From Camelus dromedarius (Eukaryota), in the NCBI RefSeq assembly GCF_036321535.1, contig NC_087437.1, forward strand, positions 11,410,001-11,474,000: DNA of 64,000 nucleotides, read 5' to 3'. The position numbers and the translations under genes are program-made. The notes under the pieces were generated by a model. The model saw nothing but the letters and a program-made list of their open reading frames with translations. It was not told where the DNA came from and searched no databases. The first letter of the stretch is position 1, and every line of letters starts with the position of its first letter. This document shows, piece after piece, positions 26,336 to 38,668 of this stretch.

Positions 26336-27410
26336 CTGGAATTCCGTAATTTTCCATCAAAGAACTCAAACACTATTGATATGTGACCCGGTGAATAGAA
26401 AGGAAACTTCCCCTTAACACGAGCTGTAAATTGCTTTCTAACTAACACTTTGGCTCTCAGCGCCATCATCCAAGGTGCTAAAAGAAACAAGATAGAGATG
26501 TCTTTGCTCAAATGTATGAAGATAAACTGCCTGTGAGTTCAGGAAAACCCCTGTTAGCTTTCTGAAACACCATGTCCAAAATGTGTCCCTGTAACCATGA
26601 CACCAACTCACATTCCTTACCTACTGGTATTTTAAATGTTGCCCCAGGTCTGCAGACTCACCATCTTTGGTTTCTGGAAACCCAATTTAAATGTATAAAG
26701 GAATCTGATATTCTCTATAGGGGGTCAAACCCAAATCATTCTATTACTGAAACCAGCTCAAGATATAAGAGACAAATTTGAAATACATACAAGAAACATT
26801 TTGAAAAGCCAAACAATTCACATCCATGAATGACGTTTGATGGTTTTAATTCTAAGTATGTATGCTAAGAAAATGCAAACGTGCATTTTTACTTTGGGAA
26901 TATTTTAAAACACAATAATACGTAGTTACTGTGCATAGCAGGCAGTTAAATGGCTACAAGGGTGTGCAATGAGGTACTGATTAGCACGCAATTTCCTCCC
27001 CTGATATTAAGTTGAGTGATTAGATGGTGCTTTGATGGCCACATAGCTTAGCGTTTTGACTTAGGTATAAAGACAAGTTTTGTTCAGAAGTTAAGTTTTC
27101 CATTTAAGATAATTACCATGCCATGAACTTTTTCCTCACAAACTTTATTTCAGTCAGTTTGCTTAGGATAACCACACTGAATGGCTAGTTTTTACTTTTG
27201 AATTCAACCGAAATTTGCTAGCCTTCCTCATTTTCTTTGACCCACACAAACAAAAGCAGTGCGAGTGGGCCAATCTCACAGCACGGAGTGTTTGCTGTAA
27301 GATCAGCTTGAGGTTCCTGAGGTTTGAACTCCAGGCCTAGGCCTATCGTGTGACCTTGGGCCAGTCACTGAAGGTCTCCAGCTGTCAGATTCCCCATCTG
27401 CAGAAGTATC

Positions 27411-27615
27411 CAGGGCTGTCCAATAGAACTTACTGTGAAAATGGCAATGCTCTGTATGTGCTCTGTCCAATATGGTAGCCGTTAGCCACACGTGGCTGCT
27501 GAAATGCGGCTGGTGTGACCAAGGAACTGAATATTTGATTTTGTTTCATTTTATTAACTTACATTTAAACTACACAGCCACCTGTGGCCAGTGGCTGCAG
27601 TACTGGGCAGCACAG
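27411..27615. mobile_element. MER3-like hAT-Charlie MITE
   Basis: CAGGGCTGTCCAATAGAACTT...CTGTCCAATATGGTAGCC...AGCCACACGTGGCT...GGGCAGCACAG. Confidence 0.88.
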
Positions 27616-29461
27616 AGAGATGACCTCGGTCCCTTCTTATGTCCTCCTACCCCCCACCTTCCACTTAATTTTCTCTTTCCTACATTCACCCCTCCAACTC
27701 TCCACTGTCTTCAGATTTCACTTAGAATTAAAGGTCAGATACGCCTCCAGTAACACTCCAGCTTAGAGTCAAGAGCTTAGAATTAACCTGCGGCATTAAC
27801 TCGCTTCTTGAAATGGAGAAAAGGACCAGATCTCAAGAGCTCTTTGATCTTCCATTAGAGCCCCGTTGGAGAGTCAGGAGTTATTTGGATGGGATGAGAG
27901 CTGACATTTGTCGAGTCAAAAGGCAGCACTGATGTGGCTTCCTATTTTAGGGTAATGTCAGCTTCAAGTCAGAAGCTTTACTGTCCCGAAGCTTCTGCTA
28001 GTAAAGATGGCCGTGTGGTCAGGACGGGCAATCCATTTGCCAAACGCCATCTGCTGTAATTACGTGGTGTGATTCCTACCAGCTAAGGCTGAGAGCGAGT
28101 CTGAAGCCAGGAAGATGAGTTAAGATTTCCTCCTCTTTTAGGCAAAGCCCAGGTCTCGCAGAGGGGCCTGGCCAGAGGTGAAATATTTATAACAGACTGT
28201 GCCCATCGTACAATCAATGTGCGAACAGTGTGCTGTAAGACACAGAGGAGAGAGGAAGCTAGGGGAGGTCTCAGAAAGGAGGGACCACGGGAAAGGTGGT
28301 AACGAGTTTACTCAAAAGTGTCAAGGACGGAGGAGGGTGTTTCTGACGGGGGGAGCTTGGCTCCTTCCGGGATGTGAGTTATTCAGGCCATCCACAAACT
28401 TAATGTTTGAGCTTCAGAGAACAGAGCAAGACCTGACTGCCGATGCTGCCGCCTCTCCCCAACGAGCTCATTAACTAAGTAATTTCTCACGGAGGGAAGA
28501 CGATTCGAACTTTGGGTTCTGAATTCTGCTTATTTCCAGAGGAAACTTCCCTTCCTTGGTAAACGAGAGGCCCACCCCTTCCAGTGCCACTCAGCTTGAC
28601 CTCCTGGATGTAGTAAAGGAAGTTCTAAGGCCAGGTGAAAAAAAGAAGTGTTCCAAAAGTACTGAGAGCCAGGTAGAACCCAGGGGTTAGAAAGGAGGGG
28701 AGGAAGTAGGAAGCTGTATCAACAGCCAGTCCAGTCATTTGCAATGCTGATTTCCCTATCAAAACAGAACCAGCTAGCATCACCAGAGTAACTGGATCCT
28801 GGCATAGAAACCTCACTTCTGAGAGTCTAACGCTGACCTCTGGAAGCGGAGACATCGCGTCTCTGAGAAGTCTGTTTGCCCGCATTTCCTTTTCCTACAG
28901 TGAAGTCACTGGGGGCAGATGAGAGCTACAGGGCTGAGTCTGCCTCGCTGGTGGGCTGCGGAGAGGAATTTCTGCATTGCTGTGATCATGCTTTTTTTTT
29001 TTTTAACACCTTTATTGTGGTATGGTTCTTCTACAGTAAACGACACATATTTCAAAGATACAATTTGATGATGTATACACCCTTGAAACCAGCACCACAG
29101 TCAAGATGGCTAACATTTCCATCACCCCCCAAGAGGTGCAAACTTGCTCATGCTTTTAATTGCAGCATTTGGTACAAGCAGTTACGTTACCCACCGCCCC
29201 TGCCATTTAGTAATTTACAGGCTAAAAAGAGGATGATGACCCAGATGGGATATTAAGGCCCTATAAACAAATACATGCTTATTATAGAAACATACAATAA
29301 TATTTGCCTCCTGTGAAAGCCACAGGCCAAGGTAAGTGGGGGGTGGGCACTGGCGGATCTGGCTCCAGGCAGGTAAGTGATGCTCAAGTTCCTCACTGTT
29401 CTCACCTGCTGCTGATAAACACCTATAGGAGGTTTCCAAGCACCTTCCCTCTGTTTTAGGC

Positions 29462-29790
29462 AGCTGTTCACAAATGTTGCTGTACACCTGCATCATCTGT
29501 GGAGCTTTTAAAAATCTGAGTGTCCAGGTCACTCCTCAGAGCAGTTAAATTAGAAACTCAGGGGTAATCCAGCCCTCAGTATTTTTAAAACGCCTTGGGT
29601 GATTCCAGCACGCAGCAAAATTTAAGAGCCTCTGCTGTAGACTTCAGAGCAGTGGTTCCCAATTTTGGAGTTGAAAAAATACATATCCCCAGACCTACTG
29701 AGTCACCATCTCTAGGGTCAAATTTTGACCTTCAATTAAAAAAAAAAATCAAAGCCAATTTGATGCCTGCCCTTAGTTGAAAACCTCTGA
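29462..29790. mobile_element. Two adjacent MER5-like MITE fragments
   Basis: CATCATCTGTGGAGCTTTTAAAAAT...GGTGATTCCAG; then CAGTGGTTCCCAA...CCCAGACCTACTGAGTCA...TTGAAAACCTCTG. Confidence 0.65.
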
Positions 29791-29872
29791 TGTGCACATG
29801 AAATATGAGGAAGATTAAAAGAATAGGGTCGATTAAAGACCAAGTAGAGGATATTTACTTTCTGGGAGATCT

Positions 29873-29891
29873 CTTTTCCTTTTTGCTTTTC

Positions 29892-29924
<33 letters not shown>

Positions 29925-29928
29925 TTTG
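29873..29928. repeat. T-rich/poly(T) tract next to an old L1M 3' end (~29930-30110, -)
   Basis: Directly visible. Confidence 0.85.
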
Positions 29929-32134
29929 GTTTCAACTTTTTACTAAAGTGTAACACACTCATAGACACACATGCACAGATGGTAAGTGTACAAACCGTGG
30001 AACCAGAACCCAGATCCGAACCCCAAAGCTGCCCAGTCACCTGGGACCCTGTCCGCAGGTGACCCCCACCCACCAGGCACCACGGGAGCCACACGCCTGA
30101 TTTCTAACATCGCTTCTTTGTTTTAAAGTTGTATTTGTTTCCATCATCAAATTGCAGGAGACTTGGCTTACTTAGATGCAAATAATTATTGAGAAATAAT
30201 TAGGATGGCAATAGTAGTTTGAGGGCAAATGCCGAGTACATCTAATATCACTCCTGTTTTTGGTTATTTAAAACAAGTTAGAAGAAAATGAGGAAAAAAT
30301 ATTTTCCTGGATTGTCATAGATTGTTAGTTATTGGGTACAACCTCCCAGCACTTTGTAAAATCCACCCTAAACCTTGGGACAACTCTGCAGAAGTAAGAA
30401 CCACTGTCACCTCCACTTAACAGATGAAAGCTCGGAGACTTAAAGAGCAAGTAAATAGCCAAGATGAGGCCGCAGGCCACTCTTACTCAGAAGGCCTCCC
30501 CGTGCTGCACAGACTCCCAATCTGTAACCCACTGGGAATTTAACCTCCTATAAATATCAGCATGAAGAAAGCTCTCTAGGTATTCGCAGTGTGAAATTCT
30601 GATCATGGACTGTAACTAACGTGGCTGCTGCTTTAAAAATCCATTCCAGAAATACTTTATGAACTGTAATTCTCATGTCACACAGATGAGCTTTTAGTAG
30701 GATAAGATGAAAATATAGAAAAAAACTAAGAATTCTGCCTGATGCCTAAGGGTTCTTTAAAAGTAAGAAGCACCTTTAAGAGCCCAACTGGGCAGCCTCT
30801 AGCCTTGCCTGGAGGAAGGAGTGTGAGTGACTTGATCCTTGGATGCTTTTGCAGAGATCTGACGTGAATAACTCATTTCTAAGTATTCTGGAATTGGTAT
30901 AGACCTGATGCTCCATTCTATACAGGATGCACACAATTCAGAAAGGATCGATAAATCTCTAATCCCAGGTTTTCATAGATTACCAGGTAGACTGCATTTC
31001 CCCACAATTTTTTACAAAACAATTCCTATGATCAAAGAAACTTTCCTCTTTTTTTCCTGCTTGTTAATAGTATTGGCTGAATTAACGGCATTAAGAAATT
31101 TATCATCAGTCCATCTGAATTCTACACCAAGATTCCAGGAAGCCTTGAGGTTTCTGGGCAAGAGAGCTTTTATTTAATTTTTTTTTTAAAGCAAACATAC
31201 CAGAGTTTATACCTTTAAATGCATTTTTTTTTCTGGAGGAGGAAGCAGTGTACCTTTTTTCAATGTGTTCCCATTGCTCAAAATATTCTGGGGGAATTAC
31301 AGGAAGCAGGGGGCAAGGCAGCTTTAAGCAGCACATCCCAACACTGCCTCTCAGTTTCTGGACCTAAACGGCACAGGAATTTTCTCAGTCAGCAGTGACT
31401 CTGTCAAAAGCTACTGATTACATCTCTAAATCTGTCCAGTCAGATCACAAAACAGTATTCTCACTGTGCCTCAGGGAGGACAGAGCCAAAACACTGTGCT
31501 ATTCTTGGATGGCAGCATACACCCACAGGATCCAGGAGCTTGAGAAAGGAGCAGGGGGACCTCCTGCCTGAGCCTGAGCGATGGAGACCAGGGCGGCTGG
31601 GGACCCGCGGCTGTGCTCTGTGACCACGAATCAGGGCATCAAGACGTTTCTACAGGATCCCAAGCGGCATGGCTCAAAGAAGGCAATCTCTTCCACTTAA
31701 ACCCTCAAGCATGAATTCTGGTGTGATCCACCTACCAATCACTCCGCCCGTAACAAAAGCTGGCACTTATCCTTCCACAGACTCCTCAAAGCTCTTACAT
31801 ATACATGTCCATGTGGTAGGTGTACCACAGTTTTTTTCAATCATTCCCCAGTTGCTGGGCCTTCATTTTGTTTCCAGATTCTTCCGTCCTTCACCGCAAC
31901 GATGATGCAAGAACATTCTTGCACACAAAACCTTGCGTATGGGTGCTTTTATTTTTATGGGCTCATTTCCCAGAAGCTGAGTCATGTAATACATGGTATG
32001 TGTGTGTTTTTACATTAATAGTTTGCTTTTGGAAAATTCACAAGACCACAGCAGGGTACACACCCACCCCCTACCATCGCTCCATCTACCACGGAGGTGG
32101 ATAACCAATTTGATGGGAGGGACAATAACTCAGG

Positions 32135-32573
32135 GTAGTGGCTGAAAAGTAGCCCCCCCAAAGGTATGTCTATGTCCCAATCCTCAGAATATATAAATAT
32201 GATCTCATTTTAAGAAGGGGTCTTTGCAGATCTAACTGAAGCTATCTAGATGAGCTCAGCCTGGATTACTTGGGGGGCCCTAAATCCAAAGACAGGTATC
32301 GTTGTCCAAGAGACATGCAGCGAGAAGAGGAAGGGACCCTGTGAAGAAGGAAGCAAGACTGGAGTTACGCAGCCATAACTCCAAGGGAAACCTAAAGCCA
32401 CCAGACCCTGGAAGAGAAAGGACAAGTTCTCCCCAAGAGCCTTCGGAGGGAGCACGGTCCTGACCTTGATTTCTGTCTTTTCACCTCCAGAACCGTGAGA
32501 AGAATATATTTCTGTGGTTTTAAGCTGCCAAGTTTGTGGCAATTTGTTTTTGGCATCCCCAGGGGACCAACAT
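32135..32573 (+). mobile_element. MLT1C-like MaLR solo LTR
   Basis: GGGGTCTTTGCAGAT...GGCCCTAAATCCAA...CCTCCAGAACCGTGAGAAGAATATATTTCTGTGGTTTTAAGC. Confidence 0.9.
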
Positions 32574-32962
32574 ACTCATTGTTACCATAAACTGATGTTT
32601 TTCTGAAAACTACTGAGGTTGAACATATTTTCCTGTGGTTTTACTGGCCATTTGATTTTGCTTTCCTGTAAATTGACTATTTGGATCTTTCCCCCACTTT
32701 TCAAAGGTTGTTTTTTCTATCAGTCCTTATGAATGCAGTGAAAATGCAGACATTCACACTCTGTCTGCCGCATGTTGTTAAGAGCTCTAGTTTACATCCG
32801 TCGAGTTTGTTTATGGCACGTTCGGTCACAGGATGAAGACTGATGACATGGTCCAGCACACTCATCTTTTCCTTTTTCCCTTACGAGTTACCTGCCTGCT
32901 GATTTTAAACATGTCTCTGACATCTGAGTTATACAAATATTCTCCAAATTCTCCTTTCAAAT

Positions 32963-33472
32963 GTTGGTGGCAGGCACAAAGATATTTCCCAAGGATGTCC
33001 AATGTCCTCGTCCCCGGAACCCGTGAAGATGCTCCCTTCCATGGCAAAAAGGGCTCTGCTGGTGTGATGAGGTGTACAGGTCATAAGACACGGAGAGTTT
33101 CCTGGATTATCCAGTTGGGGGGGGGAGCAATCTAGATCTGAGAGTTCTTGAGAGGGAGATCCTTTCCCAGGTGTGGTCAGAAGGAGGCATGACTATGGAC
33201 GAAACATTAGAGAGATGCAGTGCTTCTGACTTTGAAGATGGAGGAAGGGGCCACAAGCCAAGGAATGTAGACAAGCCTTGGGCATGGGGAGGAAAGGGGT
33301 TCTCCCTCAGAGCCGCTGCAACAGACTACAACCCTGCTGACACCTTAGCCCTGTGGAACCTATGTCAGACTTTTTACCTGCAGCACCGTCAGGTAAAACA
33401 TTTGTTTTCCTTAAGCCATGGATTAAGTCAGTGAGTCAGTGATTTGTCATGGCACCAAGAGAGAGAGAACAC
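32963..33472 (+). mobile_element. MLT1D-like MaLR solo LTR
   Basis: CCCCGGAACCCGTGAA...CATGGCAAAA...CTTTGAAGATGGAGGAAGGGGCCACAAGCCAAGGAATG...CCCTGCTGACACCTT. Confidence 0.88.
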
Positions 33473-33527
33473 ATATTTATTGCTCAATTTAAAAAGGTGC
33501 ACCCTTATCCATCTATAATTTACTCTA

Positions 33528-33943
33528 CTTTTTTTTTTTATTGAAGTATAGTTGATTTACGCTGTTGTGTTAGTTTCTGGTGTATTGCCTAGTGATTCAG
33601 TGATACATACATATATATCCATTTTCATATTCTTTTTCGTTACAGGTTATTACAAGTCATTGAATGTAGTTCCCTGTGCTGTACAGTAGGACCTTGTTGT
33701 TTATCTGTTTTGTATACAACAGTCTGTATCTGCTAAACCCAAACTCCTAATTTATCCCTCCCCTGCCCTTTGGTAACCATGTTTGTTTTCTATGCCTGTG
33801 AGTCTGTTTTTGTTTTGTAAATAAGTTCATTCGTATCATGTTTTTGGATTCCACGTATAAGTGATATCATATGATATTTGCCTTTCTCTGTCTGACTTAC
33901 TTCACTTAGCGTGCGCATCTCTAGGTCCATCCACGTTGCTGCA
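33528..33943 (-). mobile_element. 5'-truncated L1 3' end
   Basis: Poly(T) then ATTGAAGTATAGTTGATTTAC; TAATTTACT repeated on both flanks. Confidence 0.93.
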
Positions 33944-34289
33944 TGTAATTTACTTCAGAATATGTTAGCAAGTAGGAGTACAGCTTTGTTTCTAGATGGA
34001 CTCTCCAATCTGTTGTACCATCAATGTGTTTATTCCTTTGCAAATATCATGTTGTCCTGATACAGTCCCTCCAATATGTTCAGGTACCTGGTAGGCAGAT
34101 TAGCCTCCTCTGTTTTTATTCATTTTAAAAATAGTTTCCTTGGGTTTTTACAGTATTATTTTATGTTCTTCAAATTATGATTTCTTGTTAAAGTTCATTC
34201 CGAAATATTTTATAATATGTTGTTAGGGCGACAATTACTTCTCCATTTGTAATTGAGAGCTCTTATAAATAAAGGGCACCAACTTCAGC

Positions 34290-35236
34290 CCTGTCTCAGG
34301 GCCTTTGAATGTGCGATTCCCTCTGACTAGACTTATCCCACTCCTCTGCATGGCAGGCTTCCTCACGGACTTCAAGTGTCTGCTCAGATGCCAACATATT
34401 TTCATCAGGGAGGCCTTCCCTGGTCACCCCACAGAATACAGCACAGCCCTGCCCACCAGCACCCCACCTGGGGTGCACTTACTAACTCCCTCTCCCGCTT
34501 TACAGCTTTGTCCATAGCCCTTGTCACCATCTGTCTTATCATTTCCTCATCTGTGGTTTATTTTCCATTTCCACCCACTGAGATGTCAGCCCCATGAGGG
34601 TATTTTCTCTCTTCCATTCACTACGACATCCCTGGGGGCTAGATGAATGTGTTGGGGTCCGGGGGGGGGAATCCCCCAAATTTGCCTCAATGGCATATTG
34701 ATTATTTTGAATTAAAGTTACTTAAGAAATGGTCAATGGAAGAAGAACACTCTGACCTTCCTTTCTAAAAGCAAGTTATAAATCTCTCATATGAAAGGTG
34801 CCCTCCCTGAATCTAGACACAGAAGGACACCCTTATCATCTGAGATAGGGAATTCTGGGCTGAGAAGTCTGTATAAACAAATCTTGTTGCTTCTTTAATT
34901 TACTACCTCAAGCCCAAACTCTGTGTCAGCTCCTCACTAATTAAGCACCCAAAGCCTAAGTTTCTTAGTCTTGTCAATTCTTTACAAATGTATTTGCTTC
35001 TCTGTCTAAAAAATAGAAAAGCGTCCTGCTTTGGCCACCTCTTAGATCCCATTTCTACGGGCCCTCCAAACACATGAGTTAGAATTTGTTTCTTTTCCTC
35101 CTGTTAATCTGTCTCAGGTCGATTGTGTGATTAGTCCAGCCATGAGAGCTCAAGAGGGCAGGGACGGAAATTTGCCCTCCCCAGCAAGTCCTTGGCATTC
35201 ATTCAGTCAGTGTCCGATAAATATTTGTTGAATGAA
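34290..35236 (+). mobile_element. L2 3' end split by an LTR
   Basis: GGGCCTTTG...CAGGGAGGCCTTCCCTG...CAGCCCCATGAGGG; ends GATAAATATTTGTTGAATGAA. Confidence 0.8.
34650..35186 (+). mobile_element. ERV1-class (MER34-like) solo LTR
   Basis: Begins TGTTGGGG, ends CCCCAGCA (TG...CA, short inverted termini); ATGGCATATTGATTATTTTGAATTAAAG and TCCTGTTAATCTGTCT motifs. Confidence 0.8.
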
Positions 35237-35494
35237 CGTCTATAAGGAAGACCTATTGATTTTTCAACATTTATTTTTAATCCAATCACCTTGTCAAATC
35301 TATCATTACTAATAGTGGTAGTTTTTATTTTTTACTGGAGTCTCTTGACTTTTGTAGAAGTACAAATGCGTCATCAACTAAAAAGGGTACTGTTACTTTT
35401 CTGGTTGCATGCACTATACTAAATAGCCCTTTTCCCACTAAATTCACTGGAACCTTTGAAACTCTGATGAGTAATGTTAGTGGAAGCAGGGATC

Positions 35495-36003
35495 CCTATC
35501 TGCAGAAGACTGCAAGGACAGTCTCAGTTATCCCCACACCCACGTCCTCTACCACGAAACTGAGGTGCCCTCATTCTCTGAGTCTAGGCTGAGCCACGTG
35601 GGTGCTTTGGTCAGTGGGATGTTAGCAAGTATGATGCAAGAAGAGGCCTGAAAAGTGCTCTCTGACCCTGGGCTTGCTCTTGTTCCTGTCACTACCATGA
35701 CAGCGTGCCTGGGCCAGCCTGCTGGAAGGTGAGAACACGCTGTGCAGAGTCAAATTTTCCCAAGTATTCTAGCAGAGGCCAAGGCAGATCAGTCTGCAGC
35801 CAGCCAGCCAGCCAGCCCCAGATATGTGAGCAGCCCAGTCAGGGTCCCAGAACTGCCTGGATGACCTGCACCTGACCACGGTCCTCGCGAGCCCAGCTCA
35901 GAGCCCCGATCTCCACGACTGTGAGCTACTTACATGGTTGTTATTATTTGCCTCTGAAGTTTGGTAGTTGTTTGTGTTATAGCATCATTGTGACCACAGA
36001 TCA
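35495..36003 (+). mobile_element. Old MLT1-type MaLR LTR
   Basis: GAGTCTAGGCTGAGCCACGTGGGTGCTTTGG...CTACCATGACAGCGTGCCTGGGCCAGCCTGCTGG...TGTGTTATAGCATCATTG. Confidence 0.75.
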
Positions 36004-36429
36004 CTCTCTTAGGCCTGATTTTCATAAAAAGACCTTCAGAGTTTCACCATTTAGAAGTTTGTTGTTAGTTTTTGGTGGATAGTCTTTCCCAAATTTAAGT
36101 AAAACAGAAAAGGAATTAAGGTTTTTTTATGGAAAAAGGCTGAATTTTACAAATGCCTTTTTCACATGTATTGATACAATCTTTTATCCTTCAATTTAAT
36201 GATGAGACAAATTATCTTGATAGATTTCCTTATGTTTAACCATGTTTATATTTGGAAACGAGTCCCCCGTGGTCACAGTATATTATCCTTTTGAGATGAC
36301 TTTGGACTTCACTTGGTAATATTTTATTAAGAAGTTTGCACCTACACCTATAAGTGAATTGGTCTAGGGTTTTTAAAAAAATTTTTTGTCTGTATTTTGT
36401 TGAACAGATTTAGGAAATGATTTGGGAAT

Positions 36430-37595
36430 TGATGCAGAAGCTCAAATACAAGAAAGAATATAAAGATTTGAAAAACATAAGCCACAGAATCTACATTTGT
36501 GCACAGAACTTGCATCATAATGGCATATTAATAAAATACAGATCACAAGGCTAAAAAGACAATTTTAACGGACTTTAAAAAGTAGATTCTTTAATAGATC
36601 ATAATCTTAGATCATAAGCAAATAAATTTGGTATTAAATAATAAAACATTAGCTAGTCAATCTCAACTACTTGAAAAAGAATCCTTCAAAATAACTCTAG
36701 GATTAATAGGGAAAGAAAAGTTAAAAGTGTAAACTAGAACCAATGCAAAGAATATCTATTTTTCTACCAAACCATGATAGCTTCAGGACTGAAAGACTTA
36801 CAATCAATGAACATAGTACTCAAGCTAAGAAATTCCATGAAGGACAAAAGAACAAACCCAAAGAAAGTATGAACAAGAAATTAATAAAGATAAATACTGA
36901 AGTAAATGTAGCAGAAAACAAACTTAGTAGACAAAACAAATACATTCAAAATCTGGTTCTTTTATAAAATATATAACCACCTCATAAGTATGACTGAGGA
37001 AAAAAAGAGAGGAAAACATTAGAACTGAGGGAAGAGAGAAACACACACACCCCGATTAAAATAATTATAAGAAAATACTATGTTTAACTCCATTTCCATG
37101 GATGTGAAAATCTATAGGGAGTGGATTATTTCTTAAACAAACAAGGAATTAACTAACCCAAGAAGAAGTAAAAAAAAAAAAAATCAATTAAAAAAAGATT
37201 TGAAACAGTAATTAAAAGTTTGTCATTTAAAACATCATTTAAAAGGGGAGAAAAGTACCAGGATTAAATAATTTCACAGATGGAGTCCAACTAACTTTAA
37301 AAAAAACAAATAATGTCGATGCTATTTAAACTATTCCAAACCAATGAAAAAGGTAAATTCCTAAATTATATAGATCAGTGATTCTTAGAGTATCTTTCTT
37401 AGAGCAGTAGCTTCTGGAAACTTGTTAGAAATGCAAATTATCTGGTCACACCCCAGACCTACTGAATCAGAATCTAGGGGCTTGCAGGGGTAGAGGGGTG
37501 GGAAGGTGGGGAAGGTCCTGGAATTTAAGGCCCTCAAAAGCTGAATTCTGAAAACCACTGCTGTATATGTACCTGGCATCCACTTGATACACAAC
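36430..37595 (+). mobile_element. Ancient L1M ORF2 segment, opposite orientation to neighbour, interrupted by MER5A-like (~37376-37561)
   Basis: A-rich degenerate ORF2: CAAGCTAAGAAATT...AAGAAATTAATAAAGATAA...TCTGGTTCTTT...CTATTTAAACTATTCCAAA. Confidence 0.72.
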
Positions 37596-37699
37596 AGGCC
37601 ACAAAAGTTGCTTCATTTTCAGGAATTTGCCTCCTAAATTTACCTACTCTCTGTTCTTTTTCTCAACATCGATCTATCTTCCAAGCATAATATAATAAA

Positions 37700-37812
37700 C
37701 TTTTTTTTTTAAATTGAAGTATAGTCAGTTACAATGTGTCAATTTCTGGTGTACAGCACAATGTCCCAGTCACGTATATACATATATATATTCATTTTCA
37801 TATTCTTTTTCA
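37700..37812 (-). mobile_element. Very short L1 3' end with TSD
   Basis: Poly(T)+ATTGAAGTATAGTCAGTTACAATG; TSD ATAT[A/C]ATAAACTT at ~37690-37702 and ~37812-37824. Confidence 0.88.
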
Positions 37813-38411
37813 TATCATAAACTTGCTCACAGAATTCTTCCCTCCCACAAAATACATTTTTTTTTTGCATAACAAATTTCTTCCATGTATAGATACATCC
37901 AGACATTTATGATTACTGAGAAAACCATTTCTTTGGCGTGCAAAGCGGATGGAGGTAAGAACGGGTAGATGGGATGTGGGTGGGCTGTGTTGGTGGGAAC
38001 CGGCACGCAGCACCTACTCCCTGGTGCGGGGGTTTCTGCTGGCAACAGAGGTTGTGCCTGTGGGGTGAGGTCAAGGGCAAAGGTTCAAGTATCAGTATTA
38101 GTATCTGCTTAGGTGTTGGTAGAAATAAAAGGTGGTATTCCGAACTAAGACAGGCACGGGCGTTGGCATGTTGCATGCTAATTACCAAGCAAGAAGAAGT
38201 ACTTTTTCCCTGTAAAAGTGAACAGGCTGCAGTGGGTTGGAAGCATTTAATATGCTTTAATAAGGAGATGAAGAGGTATGTGAAACGCATACCACAAAAG
38301 CCAGGCATTTCACATCCATGTATATCATTTCCCCCATATCTAGTGTGAAAATTATTTATTATGAATTGTAGTGGTTTTTTTTTTTGATCTCAAGAGAGAA
38401 CAGAGTTGGTT

Positions 38412-38668
38412 CTTTTTTTATTGAAGTATAGTCATTTTACAATGTGTTAATTTCTGGTGCACAGCATAGTGATTCAGTTACATATTCTTTTCATATTATT
38501 TTTCATTATAGGCTATTACAAGGTATTGAATATAGTTTCTTGTGCTATACAGTAGGACCTTGTTGTTTATCTGTTTTATATATAGTAGTGTGTATCTGCA
38601 AATCCTGAACTCCCAGTTTATCCCTCCCTCTTCCCGTTTCCCCGCTGGTAATCATGTTTGTCTTCTAC
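38412..38668 (-). mobile_element. L1 3' end
   Basis: TTTTTTTATTGAAGTATAG...GTGCTATACAGTAGGACCTTGTTG. Confidence 0.92.

Larger units (their letters stand above)
31770..36405 (-). mobile_element. Ancient fragmented L1M hosting nested LTR, L2 and L1 insertions
   Basis: Degenerate antisense L1 segments at ~31770-32130, 32575-32960, 33480-33525, 33945-34270, 35240-35490 and 36005-36405 in collinear order. Confidence 0.7.
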
